A stretch of 64,000 bases of DNA from Synechococcales cyanobacterium CRU_2_2 (GCA_012034805.1 JAAUOP010000008.1:982-64981), one strand, 5' to 3'; positions 30,376 through 41,137 are shown, counted from the stretch's first letter. The notes: generated from the sequence alone by a model not told the origin. Numbers and translations: made by a program.

Positions 30376-32265
30376 TCAAATATCCAATACGATCGCCCCC
30401 TTCGGATAGGCAATACAAGTCAGAACATAGCCCTGAGCCTGCTCCTCGGCGGTCAGTGCACTTGGATCATCCTCGTAGGTCACCTCGCCCTGGAGCAAGC
30501 GGTGCTTGCAAGTGCCGCAGCTCCCAGCTTGACAACTGCTTTCAATGGGAATTCCGGCGGACTGGGCGATCGCCAACACCGTTTGGCGGCTGTCACTTTG
30601 CACCGTTTTCTCAAACCGCACCACCACGGGCTCGCCTGCGGGCGCGACCTCGGCTGGAGCCGCGATCGGAGCCGCGATCGCCTCGTCCTCAAACACCACA
30701 CCGGGCTTTGGCGTCGCGCCAAACTGCTCCATCAACAGTTGCCGAAGCAGCGGTTTCAGGTCTTCGCAGGGCACCCCCTTGATTGCCTTCTCGCCCAGCT
30801 TGGCATCCTGGCCCACCTGGCCCCCCAGGAAAATATCCACCGCTTCCACGGTCTTGCCATTCTTGCGGGCCTTGGTGCCCATAAACCCAATTTCTGCCAC
30901 CTGGGGCTGGCCGCAGGAATTGGGACAGCCCGTCCAATGCATCCGCACCGATTGGGGCAAGTCTAGCTCGGCTTCGACTTCGCGGGCGAGGGCGATCGCC
31001 CGCTGTTTGGTTTCGATAATCGCAAAATTGCAAAACTTCGCTCCGGTGCAAGAGACCACCGAGCGCAGTAGTGGCCCTGGTTCCACCGGAAACGCTTGCA
31101 GCAGGGGCTCCTGCACCAGCCCCTCCAGCCGAGAGTCGGGCACCCCGACCAAAATGATATTTTGCTCAACGGTCAGCCGAATCTCCCCATTGCCATAGAC
31201 CTCTGCCAAGCGTGCGCACTCAAACATCTGCTCTGCTCCCAGCCGACCGGCGGGAACCAGCAAGCCCACGTAGTTTAGGCCCGGTTGCTTTTGTTTGTGG
31301 ATGCCAATGTGGTCGCGCTTGTCCCAGTCCATCTCATCTTCCGGGGCTGCGGGGAGGAGCGATCGACCCAATTTTTCCTCCAGAGCCGCCCGGAATTTGT
31401 CCAAGCCCCACTCTTCAATCAGCCACCAGAGCCGAGACTGCTGGCGCTTGGCACGGGGGCCATGGTCACGAAAGAGTTCGAGAATCGCGCGGCAGAGCTC
31501 TACCACCTCCCCATTGGCTGGAACCCAGGCATCGAGCGGTAGGGCCGGTTCACAGCGGCTGGCAGAAAAGAAACCGCCCACGACGACATTGAAGCCAAAC
31601 TCGCCGTCCTTCTGGCCATTTCTAAAGGCCGGGACAAAGGCAATGTCATTAATTTCAGCGTGAATAGAATTATCTCGCCCGCCTTCGATCGCAATATTGA
31701 GCTTGCGGGGCAAATTGCTAAACTCCGGATTGCCCTCACCGCTGTTGGTGATCATGTCTTGGACTTGCTGCACCAGGGCACGGGCATCGAATAACTCATC
31801 GGCATCGAGCCCCGCCACGGGAGATGTGGTGATGTTGCGGACATTATCCATGCCCGACTGGATCGAGGTGAGACCCACCTCGCCCAACCGCCTGAAAATA
31901 TCCGGGACATCCTCAATCAAAATGCCCCGGAGCTGAAGATTCTGGCGCGTGGTGATGTCGGCGCTGCCGTCCTCGCCGTAGCGCTGAACAATGCCTGCTA
32001 AGACGCGCATTTGCTGGGCCGACAGCTCACCGCTGGGCAGCCGCAGCCGCAGCATAAACTTACCGGGAGTTTGCGGGCGAAAAAAGACCCCCAACCACTT
32101 CAGGCGACTGCGATCGTCTGCATCAATTGCCTCCCAGCCCGCTTGGGCAAAGTGCTCCAGCTCATGTTTCACTTCCAGACCATCTTTGTCTACCTTGTAT
32201 TGCTCAAATTTATTGAGCTTGACTGGCTTGTCCGCAATCTCTGGCACGTTTGCAATTCCTTGCAT
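30376..32265 (-). CDS. nirA: Ferredoxin-nitrite reductase with a C-terminal 2Fe-2S ferredoxin domain
   Basis: ITTRQNLQLRG, NLPRK, CTGAKFC and GCPNSCG siroheme/4Fe-4S ligands; tail SCQAGSCGTC...LTC. Confidence 0.95.
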   Translation of the reverse strand: MQGIANVPEIADKPVKLNKFEQYKVDKDGLEVKHELEHFAQAGWEAIDADDRSRLKWLGVFFRPQTPGKFMLRLRLPSGELSAQQMRVLAGIVQRYGEDGSADITTRQNLQLRGILIEDVPDIFRRLGEVGLTSIQSGMDNVRNITTSPVAGLDADELFDARALVQQVQDMITNSGEGNPEFSNLPRKLNIAIEGGRDNSIHAEINDIAFVPAFRNGQKDGEFGFNVVVGGFFSASRCEPALPLDAWVPANGEVVELCRAILELFRDHGPRAKRQQSRLWWLIEEWGLDKFRAALEEKLGRSLLPAAPEDEMDWDKRDHIGIHKQKQPGLNYVGLLVPAGRLGAEQMFECARLAEVYGNGEIRLTVEQNIILVGVPDSRLEGLVQEPLLQAFPVEPGPLLRSVVSCTGAKFCNFAIIETKQRAIALAREVEAELDLPQSVRMHWTGCPNSCGQPQVAEIGFMGTKARKNGKTVEAVDIFLGGQVGQDAKLGEKAIKGVPCEDLKPLLRQLLMEQFGATPKPGVVFEDEAIAAPIAAPAEVAPAGEPVVVRFEKTVQSDSRQTVLAIAQSAGIPIESSCQAGSCGTCKHRLLQGEVTYEDDPSALTAEEQAQGYVLTCIAYPKGAIVLDI

Positions 32266-32299
32266 GGTTTCACCCCCAGGGGAAATTGATGCTTTTAGC

Positions 32300-32341
32300 A
32301 GCCTAGGAAGATGCTGAAGCAGACAGGGTAGCTCTCGTTAC
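32300..32341 (-). promoter_or_regulatory. NtcA-activated class II promoter of nirA
   Basis: Minus strand GTA-ACGAGAGC-TAC (32341-32328), 22 nt, then TAGGCT -10 box. Confidence 0.9.
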
Positions 32342-32378
32342 AAAATACCAAGCTTGTTGGATAAGTTGCATGGCTCAG

Positions 32379-32393
32379 ATGTCTTAAGCGCAT
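32379..32393. promoter_or_regulatory. NtcB (LysR) binding site
   Basis: AT-N11-AT (ATGTCTTAAGCGCAT) about 93 nt upstream of the inferred nirA start site; ntcB is nearby. Confidence 0.6.
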
Positions 32394-32442
32394 GAGTTGA
32401 AGACGATGCTGCGACCGAGCGCCCCGATCAACCCCCCGTCCT

Positions 32443-33763
32443 GTGGCAGACTCGGGAGGAAAAGACATTGCACACCCTTCCAACGGCTGGGAGCACCAGT
32501 CCCAAAGTTTTATGGCCTGCCTGGAATTTTCCCATGCCCATTCTTCTGAGCTGCGATCGCCCTCCAAAGCCTTGTCAATGGTGATTTCGAGCTGCGCTGG
32601 GATGCCGCGAAGCAACTGGTGCGACTGGGGCCTGCGACCCTGTCACCCCTGCTAGAGCTGCTCCAGGAGGTTGCGGGGGATCCGGAAGATGATTTGCATT
32701 GGTTTATTGCCCGCATCCTCGGGGAGCTGCGGCATCCGCTGGCGGTGGCGGCTCTGGGCCAGTTGATTCAGACCACAAATCAGGCGGAGGTGGCCGCGAT
32801 CGCAGCCACCTCCCTAGCCAAATCCGGCGAGCTGGCCCTGCCTGTCCTCAGCCAGTTATTGCACCAGCCCGAGCAGCGGGTGTTGGCGGCTCAGGCCCTG
32901 ACCAGCTGGGTTTGGTCGTGGCAGTGCCGCTGTTGATATCGGTAGTTGATGATGACGATCCCCAGGTACGAGCCGTGGCGGTAGAAGGCTTAACGGCCTT
33001 TCGAGACCCGCAAATTACGCCCGTGCTGGCGGCGGCCTTGGGGGATCCGTCGGCAACGGTGCGGCTTGCGGCCTTGCGGGGCCTGGGCAGCCGAGGGCAA
33101 CAGTTGCCCCAGATTGCGGCGCTGACCTCGGAGATTGCCCGTCTGCTAGAGGATTTGAATCTAGAGGTGGGGCTACAGGCGGCGATCGCCCTCGGTCGGC
33201 TCCAAGCGCTTGGGCCGTTGGATCGGCTGCTGGATCGGCCCCTGATTCCGTTGGCGCTCAAAATCCAAGTGCTCCGCTCCCTGGCCTGGTGTGAAACCCC
33301 GGCAGCCCTGGAAATTTTGCAGCGGCGGCTGCAGGCGAGCCTCCAGGGCGGCCCCGAGGATCCAGACTGCCATGGCATCAGCTTGGCCTTGATTCAGATC
33401 TTGGGGCGCATTGAGCGGTCTGATTTGCAGGGCACCGCCACTGATAGCTTGTTGGCCGCATTGAGCCTGGGGCAACACCGCTGCTGGAGCCCTGACCAAG
33501 CTGCGGCCTGTGCCCTGAGCCTAGGACAACTGGCTCATTCCCAGGCCTTCGAGCCTCTGGTGCAGCTGTTGGCGAGACCCCTGGCTCCGGTGAGATTCCA
33601 GGTGATCGCAGCGCTCAAGCGGATCGATCCAGACCATGGACGCCAGCGGCTAGAGGCGATGCGGCTGGAGGCGATCGCCACACCCACTGCCCCAGACACG
33701 CCCCCCCTGACCGAGGGCACTGCCGACGGTATTGCTTTTGCCCTCACCGAATGGCCCGCGTGA
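32443..33763 (+). CDS. nirB: HEAT-repeat protein NirB-like; frameshift near 32900, probably another near 32547, start uncertain
   Basis: GDFELRWDAAK, WFIARILG, repeated VRxxAxxAL HEAT units; divergent from nirA. Confidence 0.65.
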
Positions 33764-33785
33764 GCGTCAGCCTCAGGTCGCCAGC

Positions 33786-35054
33786 CTAAAGTATGTCCTC
33801 GTTGAGATAGCGCTGCACCGCCTGCAAAATCCGCTCAGAATCCACTGGCTTCGACATAAAGTCTGTCGCGCCTACTGCCTTGGCCCGCACCCGATCGACC
33901 ACGCCATCATTGCCCGTCAGGATAATAATCGGCGTTTTGCGAAAGGCTGCAACCCGGCGAATCTGGCTACAAATTTCGTAGCCATTGGCCACGGGCATGA
34001 CCAAATCCAAAAAGATAACGCTGGGCTTTTGTTTGATCAAAGTCGATAGCGCCTGAATCGAATCCTGGACGCTCATGCAGCGGTAGCCTGCGGCCCGCAG
34101 CGTTTCTTCCATGATGTAGCAAATTTGGGGGCTGTCATCAATGCAGAAGATCAAGGGCAGATTCGCCATGCTCGTGGACGGAACCTGGTTGGACGCCCCT
34201 GCATAGGGACTGTCTAAATCGGGTAACTCGTCGAGAACCACGAGCTCCCGCCGCAGATAGGTCAAAAGGCTACGGCCCAGCGTTGGCAATTCGTGACGCA
34301 TAATCGCCGACAGGTCGCGAAACGAGAGCTGGCCTTTGAGCAAGCTGCAGAGGGTGTTGTAGGTTTTGGGTGAGGTGACGGCTTCGAGGGCCTTCGCCTC
34401 TCGCACCCGAGGCGCGGCGTTGGGTGAAATCTTGCCCAGCCCCATGGCTTGCCAAGCTTCGAGGGACAGCTGTGCCCGCCCGAGTAATTCGGCGTTGCTC
34501 AAAATGGCGATCGGCTCTCCCACATAGCTCTGGCGCTCTTCCGTAACGCAAATTTCGCGAATCTTGGGGGCCGCCTGGAGGAGGTCAAACAGCACCTCTA
34601 AGATCGTGCTCTCGACCAGCTCCGCTGCCGCCTCTCGGGTGATGTGCTGGCGTTTGATCATCACCGACAGGGCGAGATATTCCCAGTGATCAAAGATTTC
34701 CTTTTCCCGCAGTTGGACGGTGTTGGGAGCCGTGTTGGGTGAAAACTGGCGCAGCGATCGCTGCCAGCGTCGAAAGCGATGCTCTCCCCCGGTTGCCCAA
34801 ACCAGACGACCTACCCGAAAATCCAAGCTCCATTCTGGTGCATCGCCCAGGGTCACAAACAGCCGACCGTTGAGCTGGGACTGAATCAGACGGGGCAGGG
34901 TTTGGCTCAGCAGCTTGACCGAGCATCCCTGGGGAAATTCTTGTCGAGAGACGAAGAGACTGGAATCGGCAGAGAGGGAAGTTTTTCGCGGCGAGTCCCC
35001 ACGAGAGGCGTTTAGGGAAGCATTATTTGGGGAAGCATTGATGGAACCATTCAT
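33786..35054 (-). CDS. PatA-type response regulator (PATAN/DUF4388 + receiver)
   Basis: GRLVWATGGEHRFRRW, CIDDS, FLDLVMP, ILTG, FMSKP. Confidence 0.9.
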   Translation of the reverse strand: MNGSINASPNNASLNASRGDSPRKTSLSADSSLFVSRQEFPQGCSVKLLSQTLPRLIQSQLNGRLFVTLGDAPEWSLDFRVGRLVWATGGEHRFRRWQRSLRQFSPNTAPNTVQLREKEIFDHWEYLALSVMIKRQHITREAAAELVESTILEVLFDLLQAAPKIREICVTEERQSYVGEPIAILSNAELLGRAQLSLEAWQAMGLGKISPNAAPRVREAKALEAVTSPKTYNTLCSLLKGQLSFRDLSAIMRHELPTLGRSLLTYLRRELVVLDELPDLDSPYAGASNQVPSTSMANLPLIFCIDDSPQICYIMEETLRAAGYRCMSVQDSIQALSTLIKQKPSVIFLDLVMPVANGYEICSQIRRVAAFRKTPIIILTGNDGVVDRVRAKAVGATDFMSKPVDSERILQAVQRYLNEDIL

Positions 35055-35224
35055 GTTTGTGCCACAGACTGGAATCAGGTAAATGCGTGCTGATTCTGAC
35101 TCGCTGTGAGAAAAACGGCTGTGAGAAAAGCGCGGTGAGCAGGTGGCAATCTGCAAAATGTGCCTCTCAAACGCGCCTCCCACTGATTCTAGAGTGCCCA
35201 GCGGGTTGATTGAATAACATTCTG

Positions 35225-35267
35225 GTGGCGGTTCCTACAGAATGGCGATCGCCCTTTCTGCTAGGAA
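35225..35267 (+). promoter_or_regulatory. Possible degenerate NtcA site for ntcB
   Basis: GTG-N8-TAC followed after 23 nt by TAGGAA; both elements imperfect. Confidence 0.3.
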
Positions 35268-35335
35268 GAGATGAGCCTTCGATCAAAATCAAAGCATGAG
35301 CCAGGCTGGCACTCTCCCCTATTGATGTATTGTTT

Positions 35336-36289
35336 ATGCGTTTAGAGCAGATTCAGGCGTTTTTGGCGATCGCCGAAACCGGCAGCTTCCAGAAGGCTGC
35401 TCGTCAATGCGGCGTCACCCAGTCCACCATCAGCCGCCAAATTCAGTCGCTTGAATCCGTCGCGGGTCTACCACTGTTCCATCGGGGTGCCCAGGCCAAA
35501 TTGACCGTGGCCGGAGATCACCTGATGCCCCGCGCCCGCAAAATCTGGCATGAGTGGCGGCAGGCGACCGAGGATCTCGATCAGCTGCGGTTGGGCCAGC
35601 AGCAGGAGTTGTGTGTGGCGGCGATCGCCTCTCTCTGCGCCAATTCGTTACCGCCGATCCTCGAAAAATTCCGCCAGGACTACCCCCATACCCAGCTGCG
35701 GGTAACCTCCCTGGGGAGCGATCGCGCCCTCAAGGTTCTGCGCGATGGCCTAGTGGACATTGCCATTGTGATGAACAATCCCTTTCTGCTCAACACCGCA
35801 GAATTGTTTGTCAAGCCGCTATACGAAGAATCGATTCAGGTTTTGATGTCTGCCCAGCACCCGCTTGTCCCCCTGCGGGAAATTCCCTGGGCTGAGATTG
35901 CCAAGTTTCCCCAGGTCGTTTTTAAGGATGGTTATGGGATGCAGCGCTTGGTGCAGGAACAATTTCAGCGGCAGGATCTCAATTTGCAAGTGGCAGTGGA
36001 GCTGAATACTCTCGATGCGTTTCGGGGAGTGGTGCGCCAGGGGAAATCGATCGCGCTGTTGCCCCAGACGGCACTGATCGAGGCCCTAGATGACCCCACG
36101 CTGGTGGTGCGTCCCTTGGCCAAACCCCATGTGAGTCGGCAAGTGGTGCTGGTGACAACCCACGATCGCCTACAAATTCCGCCCATCCACCGCTTTTGTG
36201 AGATCACCCAGGAACTATTGATCAAGCCCAATCTACCCGCTGCCCCTGTGTCGAATCTAGGCCCTTTTTATGAGGTTGTTCCGCGATGA
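35336..36289 (+). CDS. ntcB: LysR regulator of nitrate assimilation
   Basis: MRLEQIQAFLAIAETGSFQKAA, LGSDRALKVL, FKDGYGMQRLV; nirA cluster context. Confidence 0.9.
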   Translation: MRLEQIQAFLAIAETGSFQKAARQCGVTQSTISRQIQSLESVAGLPLFHRGAQAKLTVAGDHLMPRARKIWHEWRQATEDLDQLRLGQQQELCVAAIASLCANSLPPILEKFRQDYPHTQLRVTSLGSDRALKVLRDGLVDIAIVMNNPFLLNTAELFVKPLYEESIQVLMSAQHPLVPLREIPWAEIAKFPQVVFKDGYGMQRLVQEQFQRQDLNLQVAVELNTLDAFRGVVRQGKSIALLPQTALIEALDDPTLVVRPLAKPHVSRQVVLVTTHDRLQIPPIHRFCEITQELLIKPNLPAAPVSNLGPFYEVVPR

Positions 36290-37374
36290 GCGATGCCTTT
36301 CGTCGGTTGCTCAAGCAAGTGGGCAGCGGAACCCACACGAGTAAATCCCTTAGCCGCGAGGCTGCGGAGGAGGCGATGACGCTGATGCTGCGGCAGGAGG
36401 CTACTCCGGCTCAGATTGGGGGATTTATGATTGCCCACCGGATTCGGCGGCCCACGCCGGAGGAGCTGGCGGGGATGTTGGATGCCTATGATGTGCTGGG
36501 GCCTCATGTGGAGGCGATCGCCCATTCCAAGGTCTATGTGTTTTGCTATCCCTACGACGGGCGATCGCGCACGGCCCCCGTTGCGCCGCTGGTAAGTCTG
36601 ATTCTGGCCGCAGCGGGGGTCGCCAGCTTATGCCACGGCGGTCGTCGGATGCCCACCAAGTTTGGGGTGCCGCTGGTGGAGCTCTGGCAGCAGTTGGGTG
36701 TTGATTGGACCGCGCTGTCCTTGACGCAGTTGCAGCGGGTGTTTGAGCAGACCCTGTTGGGACTGGTTTATCTGCCCCATCATTTTCCGCTTGCGGAAGG
36801 ACTGACGGTCTATCGAGAGGAACTGGGCAAGCGTCCGCCGATGGCTTCGATGGAACTGATCTGGAATCCCTATCGCGGGGCGGCGACACTGGTGTCGGGG
36901 TTTGTACATCCACCAACGGAGGAGCGCTTGCTCGAAACCTTGCAATGGCGTAGACGTGAGGGACAGGGGGCGACTCGGGTGTTGTTTGTGAAAGGCCTGG
37001 AGGGGAGCTGTGATCTGCCGCGCGATCGCACCTGTATTCTCAGCCGCCATCATTTTGAAGCTGGATCCGAAGGCGAACAGACACACTCCGAGCGCCTCTT
37101 GCTCCATCCAGCAGAATTTGGCCAAGGCGGCCCAGAGATCGCCTACACCACCCAGACCGATTGGCAGAACTGGGCCGAACAAACCCTGGCGGGCGAGCTC
37201 AATCCGCTATGGTCTGCGGTGGTGTGGAATGCGGGCTTTTATCTCTGGCAGGCCAATGTCGCAGACGATCTGGCCATGGGCATCGCCCAGGCCCAAGACC
37301 TCTTGGTCAGTGGCGCGGCCCGGAAAGCCCTCCAGATTCTTCGGCAGACCCTGACGCCCGTCGGAACAGCATGA
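36286..37374 (+). CDS. cnaT: Anthranilate phosphoribosyltransferase-like protein CnaT
   Basis: VGSGTHTSKSLSR, PYDGRSRTAP, GFVHPPTE; coupled to ntcB. Confidence 0.8.
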   Translation: MSDAFRRLLKQVGSGTHTSKSLSREAAEEAMTLMLRQEATPAQIGGFMIAHRIRRPTPEELAGMLDAYDVLGPHVEAIAHSKVYVFCYPYDGRSRTAPVAPLVSLILAAAGVASLCHGGRRMPTKFGVPLVELWQQLGVDWTALSLTQLQRVFEQTLLGLVYLPHHFPLAEGLTVYREELGKRPPMASMELIWNPYRGAATLVSGFVHPPTEERLLETLQWRRREGQGATRVLFVKGLEGSCDLPRDRTCILSRHHFEAGSEGEQTHSERLLLHPAEFGQGGPEIAYTTQTDWQNWAEQTLAGELNPLWSAVVWNAGFYLWQANVADDLAMGIAQAQDLLVSGAARKALQILRQTLTPVGTA

Positions 37375-38000
37375 GGCTCGAAGCCCTAATTTTGGCTGGG
37401 GGCAACAGCACCCGCATGGGTCAGGATAAGGCGCTGTTGAGGCGGTCTCTGTTCCCAGATTCGCAGACGCTGTTGGCGCAGATTTGTCAGGTGGCGATCG
37501 CCCAGTGCGATCGCGTCTTTGTCCTCACCCCCCGCACCGTCCAATATCAATCTCTGTTGCCCCCCGGTTGTGTTTGCTTGCCGGAATCCCGCCCCGCCAG
37601 CGCCCCACCACCTGGCCCTCTCGTGGCCTTTGCCGAGGGTCTGGCCCAGCTGCCCTGCGACTGGGTGTTGCTGTTGGCCTGCGATTTGCCCGCACTGACC
37701 GCCCAGACCTTGGGTGAGTGGCGTGCTCTGCTGCCCCAAGCCCAGCCTGAAACCCTGGCGCTGTTGCCCCGAGGCCCCAAAGGTTGGGAGCCACTGTGCG
37801 GATTTTATCGGCGGCGTGCCCTGATTTCCCTGGAGGAGGCGATCGCCCAGGGCCAGCGTTCCTTTCAAGGTTGGCTCGCCACGGTCGAGGTGGAAGCATT
37901 GCCGCTGGAATCCATGGCCCCCATCCAAAACTGCAACACCCCGGCAGAATGGCAGCGGTTCCAGCACTGGGATGCTCGGGCCTGGGATGCTCGGGCCTGA
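37371..38000 (+). CDS. mobA: Molybdenum cofactor guanylyltransferase
   Basis: LILAGGNSTRMGQDKA, GPL, LLACDLP, EPLCGFY, NCNTP. Confidence 0.9.
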   Translation: MRLEALILAGGNSTRMGQDKALLRRSLFPDSQTLLAQICQVAIAQCDRVFVLTPRTVQYQSLLPPGCVCLPESRPASAPPPGPLVAFAEGLAQLPCDWVLLLACDLPALTAQTLGEWRALLPQAQPETLALLPRGPKGWEPLCGFYRRRALISLEEAIAQGQRSFQGWLATVEVEALPLESMAPIQNCNTPAEWQRFQHWDARAWDARA

Positions 38001-38002
38001 AA

Positions 38003-38881
38003 TTAATCACCCAGGAGAATCTCGACGCGATCGCCCACCGACAACCCCAACACCGCCCTCGCACTGCCCTGATTCACCGCAATTTCTAGCCAGCCATGGC
38101 TCCCCCACAGCGCCACAGCTTCCCCTGGCGGAACTGCCCCGTAGGTTTTGCCTGCTGGAATCAGGCTGCTCCCTATCTGCACCCGTCCATGCATCCCCCG
38201 AAACAGCGCTCCCCCTCGGGAGGTGTACCCCAGTGTGGTGATTCCATTGCCAAAGTGATCGAGATGCTGAACCGTCGCCCAAATCCGCTCTGGGATTGGC
38301 TCTCGGACTGGCTTTGATCCTGACTTTGATCCTGGCTTGGGCTTAAAAACCGGTTCAAAAACCGGTTCAAACTCCAGCGCTGGTAGGGTCAATTGCACGA
38401 GTTGGTGCGGCGCGATCGCCTCCCCCAAAGCCTCCAGCGCCACCCCCTGGGCCAAATGCGCCGCCACCGGCGCAAAAATATCCCGTCCCTGGAAGGTAAA
38501 ACTGGGCGATCGCTCCCGCCAATAGCTCCGATCACTGAGGTTGACAACCTTTTGGGCCGGATAGCGCTCTAGCACACCGCCAAACAGGCCATTATCCGGC
38601 CCCACTAGCCAGCCTTGAGAACATTGAATAGCGATCGCCCGCCGCTGACTCCCCACCCCCGGATCCACCACTGCCACATGCACTGTCCCTGGCGGGAAAT
38701 AGGGCACGCTATTGGCCAACTGAAACCGCGCTGCCCAGAGATCTTGGGGTGCGATGCTATGGGTCAGATCCACCAGTTTAACCTGGGGCGCAATGCCCCA
38801 GATCACGCCCTTCATAACCCCCACATAGGCGTCTTGCAGTCCAAAGTCCGTGGTCAGGGTCACCAGGGTGTTTGGCTTCAT
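38003..38881 (-). CDS. SAM hydrolase / SAM-dependent halogenase family (DUF62)
   Basis: TLTTDFG, VVDPGVG, GPDNG, TFQGRDIFAP, DHFGN. Confidence 0.9.
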   Translation of the reverse strand: MKPNTLVTLTTDFGLQDAYVGVMKGVIWGIAPQVKLVDLTHSIAPQDLWAARFQLANSVPYFPPGTVHVAVVDPGVGSQRRAIAIQCSQGWLVGPDNGLFGGVLERYPAQKVVNLSDRSYWRERSPSFTFQGRDIFAPVAAHLAQGVALEALGEAIAPHQLVQLTLPALEFEPVFEPVFKPKPGSKSGSKPVREPIPERIWATVQHLDHFGNGITTLGYTSRGGALFRGMHGRVQIGSSLIPAGKTYGAVPPGEAVALWGSHGWLEIAVNQGSARAVLGLSVGDRVEILLGD

Positions 38882-39146
38882 GGGCTGTTGTTCGTTGTTT
38901 GTTTGTTTGTTGGCTGTTCGTTGGTTATTTCGTCGGTTGCTCGTTGGTTGTTCGTTGGTTGCGATTCTACGTTTGTTCTGATTCTACATATTGCGATTTA
39001 TATTGCGATTTAATGCAAAATAATGTTGATTGCAAACGGCAATTTCAACACAGCCCGTTAAGTTTTCTGAGAAGTTCACCGCAATGGGCGGTCCCGAATC
39101 CAACACCTTATAAGGTTCAGACTAGAGTTCAGATTTTATCTCATGC

Positions 39147-39743
39147 TCATTCTTGAGGCCTGAACGAACCCTCCGCTGGGCTGTTCGGCGAGACCTCTGC
39201 GCCCAGTGTCGCGATCGCCCCCGCCAATATCCGAGGCAACCGCCGCATGATCTTGCCTGAAGCGCGATCGATCGCCACCAACGTCACCCGCGCCGTTAGG
39301 TGCAGCACCGCGCCATCCGCACTCCACAGCTCATAGTCCCACACCAGACGAACCCCCCGGTGGGGCTGCATTCGAGCCTTGAGGATGCCCGCACTTCCCA
39401 TCCGCATGGCCTGTCGGTAACGGATTTGCAAATCGACTACTGGTAAATCACAGCCGAGATTCACCAATTCCGAGAACGCAACCCCCGCCTTGGCCAGGGC
39501 AATCACTCGCACCTCTTCCATCCAGCGGATATAGCTACCGTGCCAAACAATCCCGGCATAGTCCGTATGGTGCGGGTGAACCTGAACCGGGTAATCAAAC
39601 CAGGGGGAACAGGACAAATCGGTCTGAACGGTCGTTGGCAAATCTGTGGCAGGATCTGTCGGAGAATTTGGCAAGAAATTTGGCAAGAAATCTGGCAAGG
39701 AATTTGGCAAGGAATCTATCTGAGGAGCCTGAGGAGAATGCAT
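39147..39743 (-). CDS. Acyl-CoA thioesterase (4HBT/YbgC family)
   Basis: HHTDYAGIVWHGSYIRWMEE; N-terminal 12-bp tandem repeat, so the true start may be later. Confidence 0.85.
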   Translation of the reverse strand: MHSPQAPQIDSLPNSLPDFLPNFLPNSPTDPATDLPTTVQTDLSCSPWFDYPVQVHPHHTDYAGIVWHGSYIRWMEEVRVIALAKAGVAFSELVNLGCDLPVVDLQIRYRQAMRMGSAGILKARMQPHRGVRLVWDYELWSADGAVLHLTARVTLVAIDRASGKIMRRLPRILAGAIATLGAEVSPNSPAEGSFRPQE

Positions 39744-39828
39744 CGGATTGCAAAGGGGCGCAAAACAAAGGGCAAAACTTTCTAAGATGGCTTCAATTCA
39801 CGTTATTGACTCACGGTAGGACAAAACG

Positions 39829-40667
39829 ATGATCACAAAAATTCTGCTGGCGGACTCGGGTACCGGAAAATCGGAGGAGATGCTGAAGATGTTGCTCAAC
39901 CTTGAGCCCATCAAAGCCGCCAGCATCACCATTTTGAACGTAATCCCCTCCCAGAATAATTCAGATGTGCTGGCTCAAAAGCAGTCCGCAAGTGAAACTC
40001 TGGTGCAGACAATGGCAGAATCCCTCAAGTTACCCCCCAGCCAAGTGTCAACCCTCATTCGGGAGGGTGACCCCAAAATCGTCGTCTGCCAGGTGGCTGA
40101 TGAGCTTGATGTGGATCTGGTCATCATGGGCTCCCGAGGCCTGAGTCGGTTGCAGTCGATTTTGAAAAATTCGGTGAGCCAGTATGTCTTTCAGCTTTCT
40201 GGCAAGCCGATGCTGCTGGTCAAGGACGACATTTTTGTCAAACGGGTGAATCGGGTCATGGTGGCCTTCGACGCTCGGCCTCGGCGGCAAAATGCCTGGA
40301 CTTGGCCATCTACCTGCTACGCGATCTGTCCGGCGGCCAATTGATTCTGGCCCACTCGGGTTCTAAGAAGGCCTTCGACTTGGCTGAAGCCGATCCAGTG
40401 CTGGCTCCGGCGATCGCCAAGGCCAAACAAGCGGGCATCGCCTACCGCTGTTTTAGCAGCACCGCCACCAAGCCCGGCCCCGACATCTGCAGCCTCGCTG
40501 AAGAATGCAAAGCTGACTTGTTAATTTTGGGCTCCCCCGATCGCCGTCCGTCAGTGGCCAAGAGTATGCCGGACTTGGATCGCCTCCTGGGCAGTTCCAC
40601 CTCAGACTATGTTCGGGTCAACGCAGCCTGCCCGGTGCTGCTCGCTCGGACAGAGGGCGATCGCTAG
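39829..40667 (+). CDS. Tandem universal stress protein; frameshift near 40272
   Basis: ILLADSG, MGSRGL...SVSQYV, LDRLLGSSTSDYVRV. Confidence 0.9.
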
Positions 40668-40896
40668 TCTAGATACTGACTAGTCTAGATACTTAACAAA
40701 GCGCCTGACTAAAGCACCTGGGTAAAGTGCCTGAGTGTCTCAATGCTTGAGTCCTGGGAGCCAAAACAAAATCCAACTGGCCTAGACGCTTACCAGTTGG
40801 ATTTCGGGAAATCCGGCTTTGACTCTAGTCTGACCCAAGCCTTAGCTCGCCGATGCGTGTTGCAGATCCCAGGATCTGCGAACACCCGATCCACCC

Positions 40897-41007
40897 TTAG
40901 GAACCAGACTGGCGACTCGCCGTTTGGATATACAAAATGAGCAAAAACACAGTCGGAACCAAAACAAATAGCAAACTCGCAACAAACCCAAGGTCATTAA
41001 CTTCCAT
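40897..41007 (-). CDS. psbM: Photosystem II protein M (not in the ORF track)
   Basis: Translates [36 protein letters not shown]. Confidence 0.95.
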   Translation of the reverse strand: MEVNDLGFVASLLFVLVPTVFLLILYIQTASRQSGS

Positions 41008-41137
41008 GAAAGCTTGCCTCTAGACAAAATCGTTGAAATTTCCCTCAGACTAACATCCCCCTGAGCCCCTCAGGTGTGAAAAGGGGAATGTTTCAAGTTT
41101 GCAACATCTCGCCAAAACATCCCAGGGCATCGGCCAT

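Noticed and set aside
38003-38881. Fluorinase/chlorinase call
   Set aside because: Motifs fit the widespread DUF62 SAM hydrolase group and there is no biosynthetic context
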